Positions 29,294-39,537 of a DNA stretch of 53,473 bases are shown here, piece after piece. Source of the DNA: an uncultured Candidatus Peregrinibacteria bacterium (lineage in GTDB: Bacteria; Patescibacteriota; JACMRA01); the NCBI GenBank assembly GCA_937127165.1, contig CAKZLR010000051.1, positions 1 through 53,473 of the forward strand, read 5' to 3'. A program made the translations under genes and the position numbers. Positions within the stretch are counted from its first letter, which is position 1. Each line of letters begins with the position of its first letter. The notes below the pieces were generated by a model, which saw nothing but the letters and a program-made list of their open reading frames with translations, searched no databases and was not told the origin of the DNA.

Positions 29294-29723
29294 AAACAAT
29301 TTAGAATTTAAAAGAGGTTTAAGATCATTCAGATCTATTTTTAAAAAGATTGAACTCTTACCTGTTTTGAAAGAAAGGGGTCGTAAACTGATCGTTAATA
29401 AATTTTGTATAATGTAACTACAACCCAAACATACTGATCTTTTAGGATAATTATGAAATGATGTTTTGTTTTCAACAAACAAATTTTAGCAAATAACTAG
29501 CTGCTAATTTACCAAGCCAAAAATTTTTGGTACATATACCTTTCATTGGCATGTCTTTAGTAATTGTAAACACTCTCTTTGGTTAAGCTTTTTGTAGATA
29601 CAATACAAAAGAATCTGACAGTTTTACTAAACTAAAAGCTATTTTTTAATAGGATAAAATAACTGTTACATTTACAAGCTTATTGAGACTATGGCTAAAG
29701 TTGGTTCATGTCCCAGATGCAGT

Positions 29724-30995
29724 TTATATCCAACCTCTATCTTTCATGGCGTTAACTACACGGTTGATAGCCACAATATAAGCTCCATACCTTAAACCAG
29801 CTTCATATTCCTGAGCTGTTTCCCAGCAGTTATCAAAAGCCTCAATCATAATTTCTTTAAGTTTGCTTTTTACTTCTTCAGCTTTCCAGTAATAGTTACT
29901 AGCATTCTGTACTTGTTCAAGATAGCTTACCGTCACTCCACCAGCATTCGCTAGAATATCTGGAATTATTTTTACACCTTTTTTATATAGATATTCGTCT
30001 GCATCAGGCGAGATTGGTCCATTAGCTAGTTCAACGATTATATCAGCTTGTACATTTTCTACATTTTCATGAGTGATGGAGTTTTCCAAGGCGGCCAAAA
30101 CCAAAACGTCAACTTTTAAGCTGGTTATTTCTTTGTTCTCTATTTGATCTTCAGACTCTTTGAAAGTATCGACTCTTCCGTGAATTTTTTTGTGTTCGAT
30201 TAATTCAGGAATGTCTAAACCACGGGCCGAGAAAGCCATGCTTCGAGAGTCACTCACAGCTACAACTTTATAGCCCTTTTGGTAGGCGATATTAGCAAAA
30301 ATTGATCCAGCATTACCAAAACCCTGTACGGCAATTGTGGCATCAGCTTTTAATTGTAGTTTTTTAGCCAAAGCTTCAAACACATAATAAGCTCCGTCGG
30401 CAGTAGCTGTGTCTCTACCTAAAGAACCGCCAAGAGAAACAGGCTTACCGGTTATGACACCTCGATTGTAGAAATTTTGATTCAGTTTTTCATATTCGTC
30501 CATCATCCAAGACATAATTTTGGCATTAGTATAAACATCGGGAGCGGGTATATCTATATCTGGTCCAATGTTTTTATGTATTGCTTGAATATAGCCTCGC
30601 GACAATCTTTCTAACTCTGATTCGGATAATTTAGATGGGTCAACGATAATTCCACCTTTACCACCACCTAGAGGAATATTTACAACCGCACATTTCCAAG
30701 TCATCCACATACTAAGAGCTTTAACTTCGTCTTCGCTAACTTGGGGGTGAAAGCGAATACCTCCTTTGTATGGACCTCTAGCATTGTTGTGTTGACTACG
30801 AAAACCTTCAAAAACCTTAATACTACCATCGTCCATTTTTACGGGAATAGCTACTTTAAGAACTTTTTGTGGGTATTGCAAAAACTCTAAAGCATCAGAA
30901 GACAAACCAATCAAGTCAGCAACATCTTTTAAAGTTTCTACCGCACTGTGGTAGGGATTGATTTGATTGAGTAGATTGTTATTTTGATTAGCCAT
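29724..30995 (-). CDS. gdhA: Glutamate dehydrogenase (Glu/Leu/Phe/Val dehydrogenase family)
   Basis: Motifs [20 protein letters not shown], the catalytic Lys region LGGGKGGI, and Rossmann VQGFGNAGS. Start at ATG 30995 (MANQNNN); the ORF track extends to TTG 31064. Confidence 0.92.
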   Translation of the reverse strand: MANQNNNLLNQINPYHSAVETLKDVADLIGLSSDALEFLQYPQKVLKVAIPVKMDDGSIKVFEGFRSQHNNARGPYKGGIRFHPQVSEDEVKALSMWMTWKCAVVNIPLGGGKGGIIVDPSKLSESELERLSRGYIQAIHKNIGPDIDIPAPDVYTNAKIMSWMMDEYEKLNQNFYNRGVITGKPVSLGGSLGRDTATADGAYYVFEALAKKLQLKADATIAVQGFGNAGSIFANIAYQKGYKVVAVSDSRSMAFSARGLDIPELIEHKKIHGRVDTFKESEDQIENKEITSLKVDVLVLAALENSITHENVENVQADIIVELANGPISPDADEYLYKKGVKIIPDILANAGGVTVSYLEQVQNASNYYWKAEEVKSKLKEIMIEAFDNCWETAQEYEAGLRYGAYIVAINRVVNAMKDRGWI

Positions 30996-31416
30996 AGAAT
31001 ATAATATTTTGTTAGTTTTAGTAAAAAAAACATTTTTTAAAAAACTTTTTTGTAAAAAAGTCAACAGATTAGACTATACCCCAACTTTACAAAAAAATTT
31101 TAATTTTTGCCCTATTTTGAGATAATACTTTTTAGATTTAAAATCCTACTTTTACCCAATTTAAAATTTAAAGAAAGATAAATTTTCTGACAAATTTATC
31201 TACAAGTATCTACAAGTTGCCATTTTTTGTAAGCTTCGAATACTAAAGTTAGTTTTCTTAAAAAGAATCAATTAATTCATAAGCATAAGAAGATGCATAA
31301 ATTACAAATGCAAATAACTTAGCTAAGTATTGATATTTTCTATTTTCTAGGATTCTCATCAAAAAGACGTTTTACAACAAAAGCAAAGTTTAGAATTTAA
31401 CTCAACTATCTAAAAC

Positions 31417-32115
31417 TTAAATATAACCACCAATTTGCCAGTATTGATACAAGAGCCAGATATTCAGAATCCATAAAATTAATCCCAAAATTGACTCGAT
31501 TATACTGTTGGTGCGAAACAATTTTAATCCAAATTTGTGTTTGATTGGCCAGAACAAAGGAATTCCTTCTTTGGTTAAAAAATCTCCAAGTAAATGCACA
31601 ACATAACCAAAAAATATAAACCACAACCCAGTAATTAGGTTTTGAATTTCAAAAGAAAAATGATAGATTCTACCTAGCCATACAAGTAAAACAAGAAAAA
31701 CAATCAAACTAGCTAGACCAATTTGTTTTTTACTGAAAAAATTACCACTAAATTTTTGAATTTGAATTAGAGAATTTTGAAATATAGCAAAACCGAACCA
31801 GGCTCCCACAAAAGCAAAGTACAAAAGTATTATTGGTAAAATTTGATCAAAAAACCGTAGACCTAAATCAATCAGTGTAATCAAAAGATAAAGAATAACT
31901 ACGGCCAGTAGACTGTGTGTCACTCCGCGGTGCCTGAGCAGTTTTGTAATAATCGGAATTTTTTTGCTTATTTGGCTATTAGGGTGATCTATGTCGGGCA
32001 GCAAGGAGCCTACAATTACAAATAAAATCAGGGGCAACCAAAAGGGTTTGTTAAGTAGTAGACTAGCTCCAATAACGGTAGCAGTGGCTGAAGTTGTGTG
32101 ATTAATAGCAAGCAT
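31417..32115 (-). CDS. Membrane-bound metal-dependent hydrolase, YdjM/DUF457 family
   Basis: Motifs GSLLPDIDHPNS, HRGVTHSL, HLLGDFLTKEGIPLFWP, with multiple TM helices. Confidence 0.75.
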   Translation of the reverse strand: MLAINHTTSATATVIGASLLLNKPFWLPLILFVIVGSLLPDIDHPNSQISKKIPIITKLLRHRGVTHSLLAVVILYLLITLIDLGLRFFDQILPIILLYFAFVGAWFGFAIFQNSLIQIQKFSGNFFSKKQIGLASLIVFLVLLVWLGRIYHFSFEIQNLITGLWFIFFGYVVHLLGDFLTKEGIPLFWPIKHKFGLKLFRTNSIIESILGLILWILNIWLLYQYWQIGGYI

Positions 32116-32328
32116 TTGATTGTATTTAATTTAAAATAATATTGTAAATTTTTCGCAATTTGATTAGTTGACGAATGATTTTTAATGAAATAAGTGTTTT
32201 GATTTTTGTATAGAACTGTATAAAATTGATTAAATCAAAGTTTTTCCCCTAATCCTGAATTATATAAAAAAATTATGTAAAATTAATTGTAAAATTAATA
32301 ATTTTAATAACTGGAATTTTTAAGTAAT

Positions 32329-33282
32329 TTAAATCCAATAGACAATACCAAAAATTAAACTTGCCAGACAAATTCTGTAAACAATAAACACTCTAGCACT
32401 ATTAGTAGCAAGATATTTAAGAAGCCATTTTAGACAAATTAAACCAAAAAGATAAGCCAATAAAAATGCTATAATTAAACTAATTAACGACAAATCAATA
32501 GTGTTTTCTGACCAATTCTGAATATTGGGTAAAATAAAGTTTGATTTTTGTGACATTTCTTTAATTATTTTTATTAAGTCATAAACTCCTGCTAGTCCAA
32601 GTGCGGGAATAGAAAGTAAGAAAGAAAATCTGACCGATTCTTGGCGATTTCTTCCCAAAAATAAAGCGCCTGCTAAAGTCGCTCCACTACGGGAAATACC
32701 GGGGAAAACAGCTAAACACTGACATCCCCCAATCACTAATACTTCCCAAACACCCATTTTGCTAGGTTTTAAAGAGTTTTTTCTGTTTTTATGGACAAGT
32801 TCACTGATTGAAATGAGTAACCCTCCTGCTAGGAGAAAATAGGCGATATTAAGAATATTTTCTCTCAATAATTCCACTTGATCTCGCACTAATAAAGCAA
32901 AAATTACAATAGGTAGAGTAGCGATTATCACCTGTGCAATTAAAATATCTAAATCTGCTTCTTTTTCGTCTCTAAAATTTGACTTGCCGGTTATCCAAGT
33001 AGTGATATTGTGACAACACTCACTAAAATCTTTTTTGCTGGAAAAAACTTTTATAATATGCAGAAACAAGTTTCTAAGTTCTGGCCAAAAATATTGTAAA
33101 ATAGCCACCAGAGTACCCATCTGAATTAGGTTGCTGGCGGCTAAGCCAATATCTTTGTGCACTAAAAATTCGGAAATTAACCTAAGATGAGCGGTTGAAG
33201 AGATGGGTAAAAATTCGGTTATTCCTTGAACTATGCCTAGTATTATAGCTAATAATAGCTCGTTAAGAGTGGAAAAACTCAT
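32329..33282 (-). CDS. uppP: Undecaprenyl-diphosphate phosphatase (BacA/UppP)
   Basis: Motifs GIVQGITEFLPISSTAHL and PGISRSGATLAGALFLG. It has an insertion of about 40 aa relative to typical ~275-aa UppP. Confidence 0.9.
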   Translation of the reverse strand: MSFSTLNELLLAIILGIVQGITEFLPISSTAHLRLISEFLVHKDIGLAASNLIQMGTLVAILQYFWPELRNLFLHIIKVFSSKKDFSECCHNITTWITGKSNFRDEKEADLDILIAQVIIATLPIVIFALLVRDQVELLRENILNIAYFLLAGGLLISISELVHKNRKNSLKPSKMGVWEVLVIGGCQCLAVFPGISRSGATLAGALFLGRNRQESVRFSFLLSIPALGLAGVYDLIKIIKEMSQKSNFILPNIQNWSENTIDLSLISLIIAFLLAYLFGLICLKWLLKYLATNSARVFIVYRICLASLIFGIVYWI

Positions 33283-33404
33283 AAAAATGAGTTAATAACA
33301 GACTTTTTATAGCTTTTGTCAATTATCTTATCTAATAAAAGACTACACACTATCTAACAGAAAATAGATTTTTAGTTTGGTAATCCTTTGAAATTATTAC
33401 CAAA

Positions 33405-34223
33405 TTAATCAAACCACTTAAGATTTTCTAAGATGTACTCTAATACCCAATTTTTGTTTATAATCACTTTTTTAACTCCTACTTTAGCCATTTTACGACC
33501 ACAGTCTTTACATGACCACCAATGTCCAGTTAGATAACAAGTAGAATCTTTTAATTGCTCTAATTTTTCTAGATTTGCAGGATTAGCTATTGCTTTGTCG
33601 AAATCTTGTTCGTTGTTAACCCCAAAAAAATCGTACAAAGCTTTTGCTTCCGAATGGTTGTCTTCATGGCTGCCCGGGTTTAGTTCATACCCAGTACCAC
33701 TAGGGATGGTAATAAATTGTTTGAGAGCTTCTCGCACATCCAGACCACTTCCTTCCAACACTTTTGGTAAGTTTTGTTTAATTTTTTGAATTTTAGAATC
33801 TTCGAGATTGTACATACTTTGAAGCATAGACCACCACTTTTGGTCTGTGGGAGTTTGCATAATATGTTTAGAAACATCCTGAGCGGTGGCGGTTATAACT
33901 TGATTGTCTTTGACAAACATTGAACCAGTTAGAAAGCAACCTTTGTATCCAAATTTAGTTCTTTGTTCAGTTATTAGTTTTTGTAATACTTCGAAGTATG
34001 GACTGACAGAATATTCTAACTCAAATTTACCCCAGAATGGTTGATAAATCCAAAATTCAAGATTTTGACGATTTTCCATTGTTTGGACTGTTTTATGCAA
34101 AAATAAACATTGTTGCAATTCAGGGATTTTGTTGGTTTGAATAAGTGTTTCGACTTTATAACTTAGAATCACTAATTTTAGCCCTTTGATATTTTTTTGG
34201 GATATAGTGTATGTTGGTTGCAT
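33405..34223 (-). CDS. CMP/dCMP deaminase zinc-binding-fold protein with N-terminal extension
   Basis: HSEAKAL corresponds to H[AC]E. WSCKDCGRKMAKVGVKKVII corresponds to PCxxC plus the G[IV]..V.Y tail. GCFLTGSMFVKDNQVITATAQD is the beta strand before the active site. The spacing between the HxE and CxxC motifs is unusually long. Start at ATG 34223; the ORF track uses GTG 34256. Confidence 0.55.
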   Translation of the reverse strand: MQPTYTISQKNIKGLKLVILSYKVETLIQTNKIPELQQCLFLHKTVQTMENRQNLEFWIYQPFWGKFELEYSVSPYFEVLQKLITEQRTKFGYKGCFLTGSMFVKDNQVITATAQDVSKHIMQTPTDQKWWSMLQSMYNLEDSKIQKIKQNLPKVLEGSGLDVREALKQFITIPSGTGYELNPGSHEDNHSEAKALYDFFGVNNEQDFDKAIANPANLEKLEQLKDSTCYLTGHWWSCKDCGRKMAKVGVKKVIINKNWVLEYILENLKWFD

Positions 34224-35283
34224 AATTTTTCGTTTTAAAAGACAAACCAATATCACTGAGTATTTTTACCCAAATGTTTTTTGCTGATATGATTTTGAGT
34301 TCTAAATTTTAGTTAGATTTAACGGTGCAAGTGATATCCATAAGTTTAGAATAAAGTAAAATTAAGTCAAGAGGGTAATTTTTAAATTTTGTCATAAAAC
34401 AAGGTAGCTATTTTTTTCTTTGAGGTAAAGTTGATAAAACGAATAGGTTACAAAAGTAGTACCAGTCATTTCTAAAGGTTCTTCCAAAACAACCCGCATA
34501 AAAATTTTACAGGTAGCAAATAACCGTCGGTTTGTCTAGTTTTATAAAAGGTACCCCTAATAGCAACAAAAAACCAAAAAGAGTAAGTTCTCAGGAACCT
34601 GTATCTCACATTTTCCCAAGTCTTATAAGTAAAGAATAAAAGTAGGAATGATAATAAAAAATGTGGCTCCTTCGATGGTTATATAAATAAGCAAATTAAA
34701 AAACAAAAACAGAACCAAAAATTACCATTTTCCCAAAAATCTTTTTATTTAAAGTAGTAATATGTATGAAGACCAAAAAATCAAAAAATAAAAGTTTTAA
34801 CTCTTAATAGACAGTTGAGATATTTGACTCCAAATCTTAAAAACCGACTAATAACCGACTAATATTGGGAAACAGTAAAATGTAAGTTTATTAAAATCAA
34901 GTCAAAAGCTAAAAAACCATAACAACCTGTTTTTAGCAAAAAAGTTTAGAGACATCCATATAAACCAGACCAAAATTAAGGCACAATGTTTTTGACAAAA
35001 AACAGACTAGCTAAAAATATTAATCGTTGTCAAACTTCTTACAAGTGAGACTAAGTTGTAAACTTGGTTCACTAAAGCCTTGTCCTTCTTTATTTATTGT
35101 TTGGAAGTTTTGTATGGTTTTTTACTTGATAAGCTTAGGTCTTTATCCGACTTTAGTAAAATTAATAAGCCGAATTTAAGTAAAGTACAACTTTTTGTGG
35201 GTCTGTTTGTGAATATTGTTTTTTTAAATTTTAATTTTTTGGTTTTTAGAAATTTGCAGATATTTTAGATTTTGTATTCTAAC

Positions 35284-36489
35284 TTAAAAATTAACTATTA
35301 GTCCATATCTATGAACAAAATTTACTGTTTCTAAATCAAAGTTATCTAAAATCAAATCACTTACTTCAATTCTGTTTACCTTTAAGCCTTTTGTAGTAAA
35401 AAAACTTTCCCAAAAAATAAAATCTGTAGTATAAAAAAAGTATTGAGCGTATTCTCTACCAAGGAATAAAGGTGGTATTTCTAGGCTTCCTTCGGGTAGT
35501 CTTCCTAGCTTTTTGATCAAAATATCATATAATTTTCGGGGATCAGCAAAACTGTTGGTTTCTTTTTGAAAGATCTGAACATCATAAAAAAACAAATCAA
35601 GCAATTCTCCTTGCATCACAAAATTTATTTGTTTAGACATTTCTTGAATAGCTTCTTGATACTTTTTGAATTTGGTGTGGATGTATATGTTGGTATACAA
35701 TTGTTTTGTCCAAAAACCTTTGAATAGATTATATTTTTTATATTTTTCTAGTAAGGCAAATAGATAAGCTTCCAAAAACAGTTTCTTTTCTTCATAGTGG
35801 TCTATTTGTGCTATCTTCAAGATTTTTATGTCATTTGCCGATACTTTTTGCCAACCCAAAAAACAATGGAATTTTGCTAGTTTACAAGTTTCTGTAAAAT
35901 CTTCCAACCCCAAGTCAATTTTATCTATTTCAACTTTCCAGATAAAATAATCAGCTACTTGAGCCAAAATTAAATTTTTTAACTCGTTGTTGATCTTAAA
36001 AATATCGGCAAAGACTAGTGTTTTAATGTTTGGTTTTATTTTTTTGATTTCATTTATGCCTTCCAGGATGTCTCGACACAATCCGTTTTGTACATAAAAA
36101 ACCACCAAATCTACTGTGACTTCTGATTGTAGAAAATTTTTAAGCAGAGTAGTGTTCCAGTGAAGAGTGCTTTTTTCAATGTCTAGACTCACCAATTCAG
36201 TTCTTGCAGACAACCAACTCACTAGTTCTTCTGGGCATAAAGGATGAATTAGTACTTGCTTAAAACTTAGTTGTTTATTCAAAAGGTGTTGCAGACAACT
36301 CGGTAAATCACAAAAAGCTTTTAGGGTAAAAAACTCTGAAGTATCCACTTCTTGTGAATCACTAGCAAGGATTTTTTCAACAAAACGTTTTAGAAAAACA
36401 CTATGTTCTACTAAGTCAAGCTTGAGAGTGTTGATAACAATTTCAATTTTCTGCCAAATTTGAGTTGAATTTAGTGTGCTACCTTTCAC
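35284..36489 (-). CDS. Hypothetical protein (no recognisable family), downstream of gltX on the same strand
   Basis: 401-aa ORF with GTG start, soluble-looking, and no motif I can name. Confidence 0.55.
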   Translation of the reverse strand: MKGSTLNSTQIWQKIEIVINTLKLDLVEHSVFLKRFVEKILASDSQEVDTSEFFTLKAFCDLPSCLQHLLNKQLSFKQVLIHPLCPEELVSWLSARTELVSLDIEKSTLHWNTTLLKNFLQSEVTVDLVVFYVQNGLCRDILEGINEIKKIKPNIKTLVFADIFKINNELKNLILAQVADYFIWKVEIDKIDLGLEDFTETCKLAKFHCFLGWQKVSANDIKILKIAQIDHYEEKKLFLEAYLFALLEKYKKYNLFKGFWTKQLYTNIYIHTKFKKYQEAIQEMSKQINFVMQGELLDLFFYDVQIFQKETNSFADPRKLYDILIKKLGRLPEGSLEIPPLFLGREYAQYFFYTTDFIFWESFFTTKGLKVNRIEVSDLILDNFDLETVNFVHRYGLIVNF

Positions 36490-36577
36490 GGTCTTTTAAG
36501 TTAAAAGTTCTGTCTAATAATTAACATTTTTTTTAAAGAAACTTAAGTCAACAAGCTAATACTTTAATTAAGCTTAG

Positions 36578-38719
36578 TCAACATTCATCAACTTTAATTC
36601 TTTTAATCGCCAAAAGTTCAAACGGGCTAGGAGATTTAGTTTTACCTGATAGATTGACTCGAAGTGGCCAGAGGTAGGATCCTGTATCCCTATTACCCTC
36701 TTTTAGCCAATTTTTAATTCTATTTTCCCACTCATTTATTAAGTTTGTTATCTGTTCTTTGATTTGTCTTTCTAGTTCAATAATTCTATTGATTTTAGGG
36801 TTAAAATTTGGAGTAAAAACCGGGGTCAGAGCAATGTATTCTTTAGTAGTTTGGTATAATCTGTCCTGTAAAATTTTTAGTTCTGGTTTTTGAGTTGTTA
36901 TAAATTTTAGAATCTCTTCAAGATTAGCTTGACTTTCCTCGATAGTTATTTTTTTCCATCTAAGATCTTCTAGATTTGGCGGTTTGTAATACAAAATACA
37001 ATCCGATTCACTACCAATTTCACTTAACACGGTAATTCGGTTTTTGTCTAAAATATAAGCTAAATAATGTTCGATAATCTTCTCAGTTGGTTCAAAACAG
37101 GGTAGATGGTTAGAAACACAAAAGTTTTGCCATAAAGAAAATTTAATAAATCTGTTTTGCTCTATAACAGAGGCTAAATCAACCCAGTCATAAAACCATT
37201 CATTCATACTATCTGGTAGTTTTTGGGGTTTTATGTCAGTAATCGCCAAAGGATATACATAAAAAAACATCTGTTTACCAGTCCAACTCTCGCCATCGTG
37301 ATACACAAAAGGTTTGTTTATGAAAATATTTTCTAAACTCATGATTTTGTCTTTTTCTAAAACTAATTGATCCAAAGACTCTTCTTTTACTTCTCTTATT
37401 AAAGAGTCTATGGGGTCACCTTCTCTACCTCCACCAAGTGGGTAATAAAGCCCGTCTCCAGGCATTCTTTCATCGTATGTCATATAGACCTTCTGCTCAT
37501 CGAAATCAACCAAATAAACATAATCACCAATTCTAGCTTTGTTGGTTTTATCTTGAATTAGACGGTTTTTATCAGATAAAAATACAAATTCCTTCAAAGT
37601 TAACATTTTGATATACTCACGATTAAACCAATTAAGTTTTTCTAAACTAAAGCGGGCAGGGGCTTTGGATAATTTAGAAACATCAAACTCTTTAGAGATA
37701 TTATGAAGCAATTTTTCAATTCTTCGCTCTTGGTTAAGTGTTTGAAAATCTTGTGGTTCTAGATATAATTCTTGTTCGGTTCCAGGATTCCACCCTAAAA
37801 AAGCTAGATAATTGAGAATAGCTTCGGGTAAATAACCTTTGTCTAAATAATCTTGCATGTTAACATTACCGTCTCTCTTGCTAAGTTTTTTGGTGCCGGT
37901 TTCTGCTAGTATAAAAGGAATATGCAGATATTTAGGCCCACATCCCCAATAATCCAAAAACATGGTTTGATGTTTGGCTATAGAAGGATACCATTCCTGA
38001 GCTCTAAAAACCAAAGTTGTTTCCATTAAATAATCATCTACAAGATGAGCTAAATGATAGGTTGGAAAACCGTCTGACTTGAGAATTATGAAGTCTTCTT
38101 CTAAGTTCAAATCAAATTCACTTTGCCCCATTAGCTCATCTAGACACCTAATTTTATCATCTCTTTGAATACGGTATCGTAAAACTGGTTTTAAAGGATC
38201 GTTTAGCCCGCTTTGTACAGATTGAAATAGCAAATCCTCACCACTTTTTTCTAGACTTATTTTGAAATAATTAATCGGTTTTTTGTTGATCTTTTTGATT
38301 TCTTGCAACTCGTTTTTTTCTTCTTCGGTTAAGTATGACCAATAAGCTAATCTTTTGTCTATCAGTCTTTGGCTGTGTTCGTGATATAAGGGTAACCTTT
38401 GAGATTGAATATAAGGACCATACTGACCAGTTTGATAAACTCCATAAAAATCATCTGGACCAGAAATTTCATCGTATTTTTTGTAAGAATTGACCAAAGT
38501 TATGCCTTCATCAGGCAAAAGATATAACTGGCTTAAACTTTCTAATAATTTTCTAGCCGAGTCTTTCTGAAGTCTAGTGCGGTCGGTATCCTCTAATCGG
38601 AGGTAGTAGGTTCCCTGTTCTTTAAGAGCAAAAAGTTTGGTGAACAAAATTTGTCTGGTCGTACCAAGATGTAGATAACCTGTGGGTGATGGAGCTTGTC
38701 GGATGCGAAAGTTGGCCAT
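36578..38719 (-). CDS. gltX: Glutamate--tRNA ligase with an inserted Nudix-like domain
   Basis: HIGH region PSPTGYLHLG and KMSKS region KLSKRDG. The C-terminal LWPLRVNLSGKTKSPSPFELL is typical of bacterial GluRS. An inserted segment of about 140 aa contains PLGGGREGDPIDSLIREVKEESL. Start at ATG 38719 (MANFRIRQAPSPTG); the ORF track uses TTG 38758. Confidence 0.9.
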   Translation of the reverse strand: MANFRIRQAPSPTGYLHLGTTRQILFTKLFALKEQGTYYLRLEDTDRTRLQKDSARKLLESLSQLYLLPDEGITLVNSYKKYDEISGPDDFYGVYQTGQYGPYIQSQRLPLYHEHSQRLIDKRLAYWSYLTEEEKNELQEIKKINKKPINYFKISLEKSGEDLLFQSVQSGLNDPLKPVLRYRIQRDDKIRCLDELMGQSEFDLNLEEDFIILKSDGFPTYHLAHLVDDYLMETTLVFRAQEWYPSIAKHQTMFLDYWGCGPKYLHIPFILAETGTKKLSKRDGNVNMQDYLDKGYLPEAILNYLAFLGWNPGTEQELYLEPQDFQTLNQERRIEKLLHNISKEFDVSKLSKAPARFSLEKLNWFNREYIKMLTLKEFVFLSDKNRLIQDKTNKARIGDYVYLVDFDEQKVYMTYDERMPGDGLYYPLGGGREGDPIDSLIREVKEESLDQLVLEKDKIMSLENIFINKPFVYHDGESWTGKQMFFYVYPLAITDIKPQKLPDSMNEWFYDWVDLASVIEQNRFIKFSLWQNFCVSNHLPCFEPTEKIIEHYLAYILDKNRITVLSEIGSESDCILYYKPPNLEDLRWKKITIEESQANLEEILKFITTQKPELKILQDRLYQTTKEYIALTPVFTPNFNPKINRIIELERQIKEQITNLINEWENRIKNWLKEGNRDTGSYLWPLRVNLSGKTKSPSPFELLAIKRIKVDEC

Positions 38720-38826
38720 AAATCGACTATGAAAAAGCTTTGAAAAAACTGTTGTCAAGATTAATCATAATTACTTGTTTTATAAGTTATAAACTTAATT
38801 TTTGCAAAAGGTAGAATTACACCGAA

Positions 38827-38866
38827 TTGACATTAGTTATATTTTATGATATATCGGACCGATATA
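38827..38866 (+). promoter_or_regulatory. Promoter candidate with an overlapping 17-bp palindrome (operator-like)
   Basis: TTGACA (38827-38832), 17-nt spacer ending in TGa, then TATATC (38850-38855). The perfect inverted repeat TATATCGG-a-CCGATATA (38850-38866) overlaps the -10 box, 14 nt upstream of ATG 38880. Confidence 0.35.
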
Positions 38867-38879
38867 GTCTTTCATTTCT

Positions 38880-39413
38880 ATGAAATATGTAGATAGTTTA
38901 GTATCATCCGGTTTTACATATAATAAAAATAGTAAAAGTTTTATCGAGGCTAGGGTTGCAGTCTCCGATTCAGAGTATGATCTGATTCATAAAGTGTTTT
39001 ATCAAATAATTAAAAATTATGGGTTTTTAAATATTGAACAACAACAGGATCTTAAAAGAGTAAAAAAACTGATGCCAAGATTTTTTAAAGATTGGAGACA
39101 CAAAGAAATAGAAAAAGAAGCCAAGAACTTGCTATTAAAAGAAGCCTTTAGATTAAATGCTACAGGTTTTGAGGACTTTTTCCCTAATTTAAAAATATTC
39201 CTGAAAAAATTAACTATTCAATCTATTTTTGAACAATTATATATTGCTCTCACATATAGTAAGATAATATATAATATCTATAAACTCGATTTCGTGACTA
39301 GAATTTATTTAGAAAAAATGTCCATCGTTTTTGATTTACTGTCTCCTTTTTTAACTCAAGAACAGATAACCAAGTGGCAACAAAACATCGCTCCCAAACT
39401 AAAAAGGTTTTAG
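38880..39413 (+). CDS. Hypothetical protein (predicted all-helical)
   Basis: 177-aa ORF with ATG start and no recognisable motif. Confidence 0.55.
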   Translation: MKYVDSLVSSGFTYNKNSKSFIEARVAVSDSEYDLIHKVFYQIIKNYGFLNIEQQQDLKRVKKLMPRFFKDWRHKEIEKEAKNLLLKEAFRLNATGFEDFFPNLKIFLKKLTIQSIFEQLYIALTYSKIIYNIYKLDFVTRIYLEKMSIVFDLLSPFLTQEQITKWQQNIAPKLKRF

Positions 39414-39537
39414 AAATGCGAAGATAAGTAAATATTGAACCACAAAAAAATACCAAATTTCTCGTCTAGCTCTACTAATACTTGCTTTTGTTTTATATCA
39501 ATGTTTCTAGCAACAAGCCCTAATATCTACAAAAATT

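Noticed and set aside
26155-29417. Overlapping ORFs inside the DnaQ/DinG-like gene (26155-26394, 26399-26653, 26463-26681, 27124-27309) and the lactate permease gene (27699-27887, 28029-28292, 29049-29417)
   Set aside because: They are fully embedded in longer genes with family-level motif support and have no motifs of their own.
31406-31624. 72-aa ORF overlapping the 3' end of the YdjM-family gene in another frame
   Set aside because: It is embedded in a CDS with clear family motifs and is a shadow ORF.
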